Source: Trichosphaerium sp. ATCC 40318 (lineage: Eukaryota > Protista > Tubulinea). From it: a stretch of 64,000 nucleotides of DNA. A program made the position numbers and the translations under genes. The stretch spans positions 42,660 through 106,659 of the forward strand of contig JALMLS010000270.1 of the NCBI GenBank assembly GCA_038496445.1. The letters are read 5' to 3'. Each line of letters starts with the position of its first letter. Position 1 is the stretch's first letter. Positions 63,901 to 64,000 of the stretch are shown here, piece after piece. The notes below the pieces were generated by a model. That model saw only the letters and a program-made list of their open reading frames with translations, was not told the DNA's origin and did no database searches.

Positions 63901-64000
63901 CTCCAAGGCTTTTACAAGGCACTATTTTTATGGCTAAAGAAGCAATTTTGACATGCTAATTAAGATGATGCCGAGGATGGGTGTAATTATGTATTGTTTT

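Overview
Eukaryotic, AT-rich, intron-dense protist DNA (introns mostly ~40-60 nt, standard genetic code, amoebozoan-like gene repertoire; organism not identifiable from this window alone). Most short ORFs in the supplied track are exon fragments or antisense shadows. The first ~31 kb are gene-dense: WASHC4 head-to-head with Exo84, an atypical Rab, a TM-less ERG2/sigma-1, a secreted RTX-like protein, a C2-RhoGAP, RPLP2, a kelch/Cys-rich type-I membrane protein, an intron-containing bacterial-type RhaT rhamnose symporter and a divergent Mon1. The rest is an accessory, TE-rich compartment with three main items. (1) An ankyrin-ADP-ribosyltransferase gene whose ankyrin array is 15 tandem 99-nt phase-1 exons with near-identical introns, with variation concentrated at ligand-binding (DARPin-type) positions; this is a candidate combinatorially diversified sensor-effector system and the strongest lead. 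(2) A 7.5-kb Mutator element (TIRs plus perfect 9-bp TSD) carrying a nested second transposase and a captured intron-containing class-C GPCR fragment (Pack-MULE-like). (3) A piggyBac-like element with ATAT target duplication carrying a USP-like cysteine-protease gene, followed by the start of a second related element containing a 1.2-kb foldback and >3 kb of decaying mucin-like APTTE repeats. All gene models and family assignments were made by eye, without database searches.
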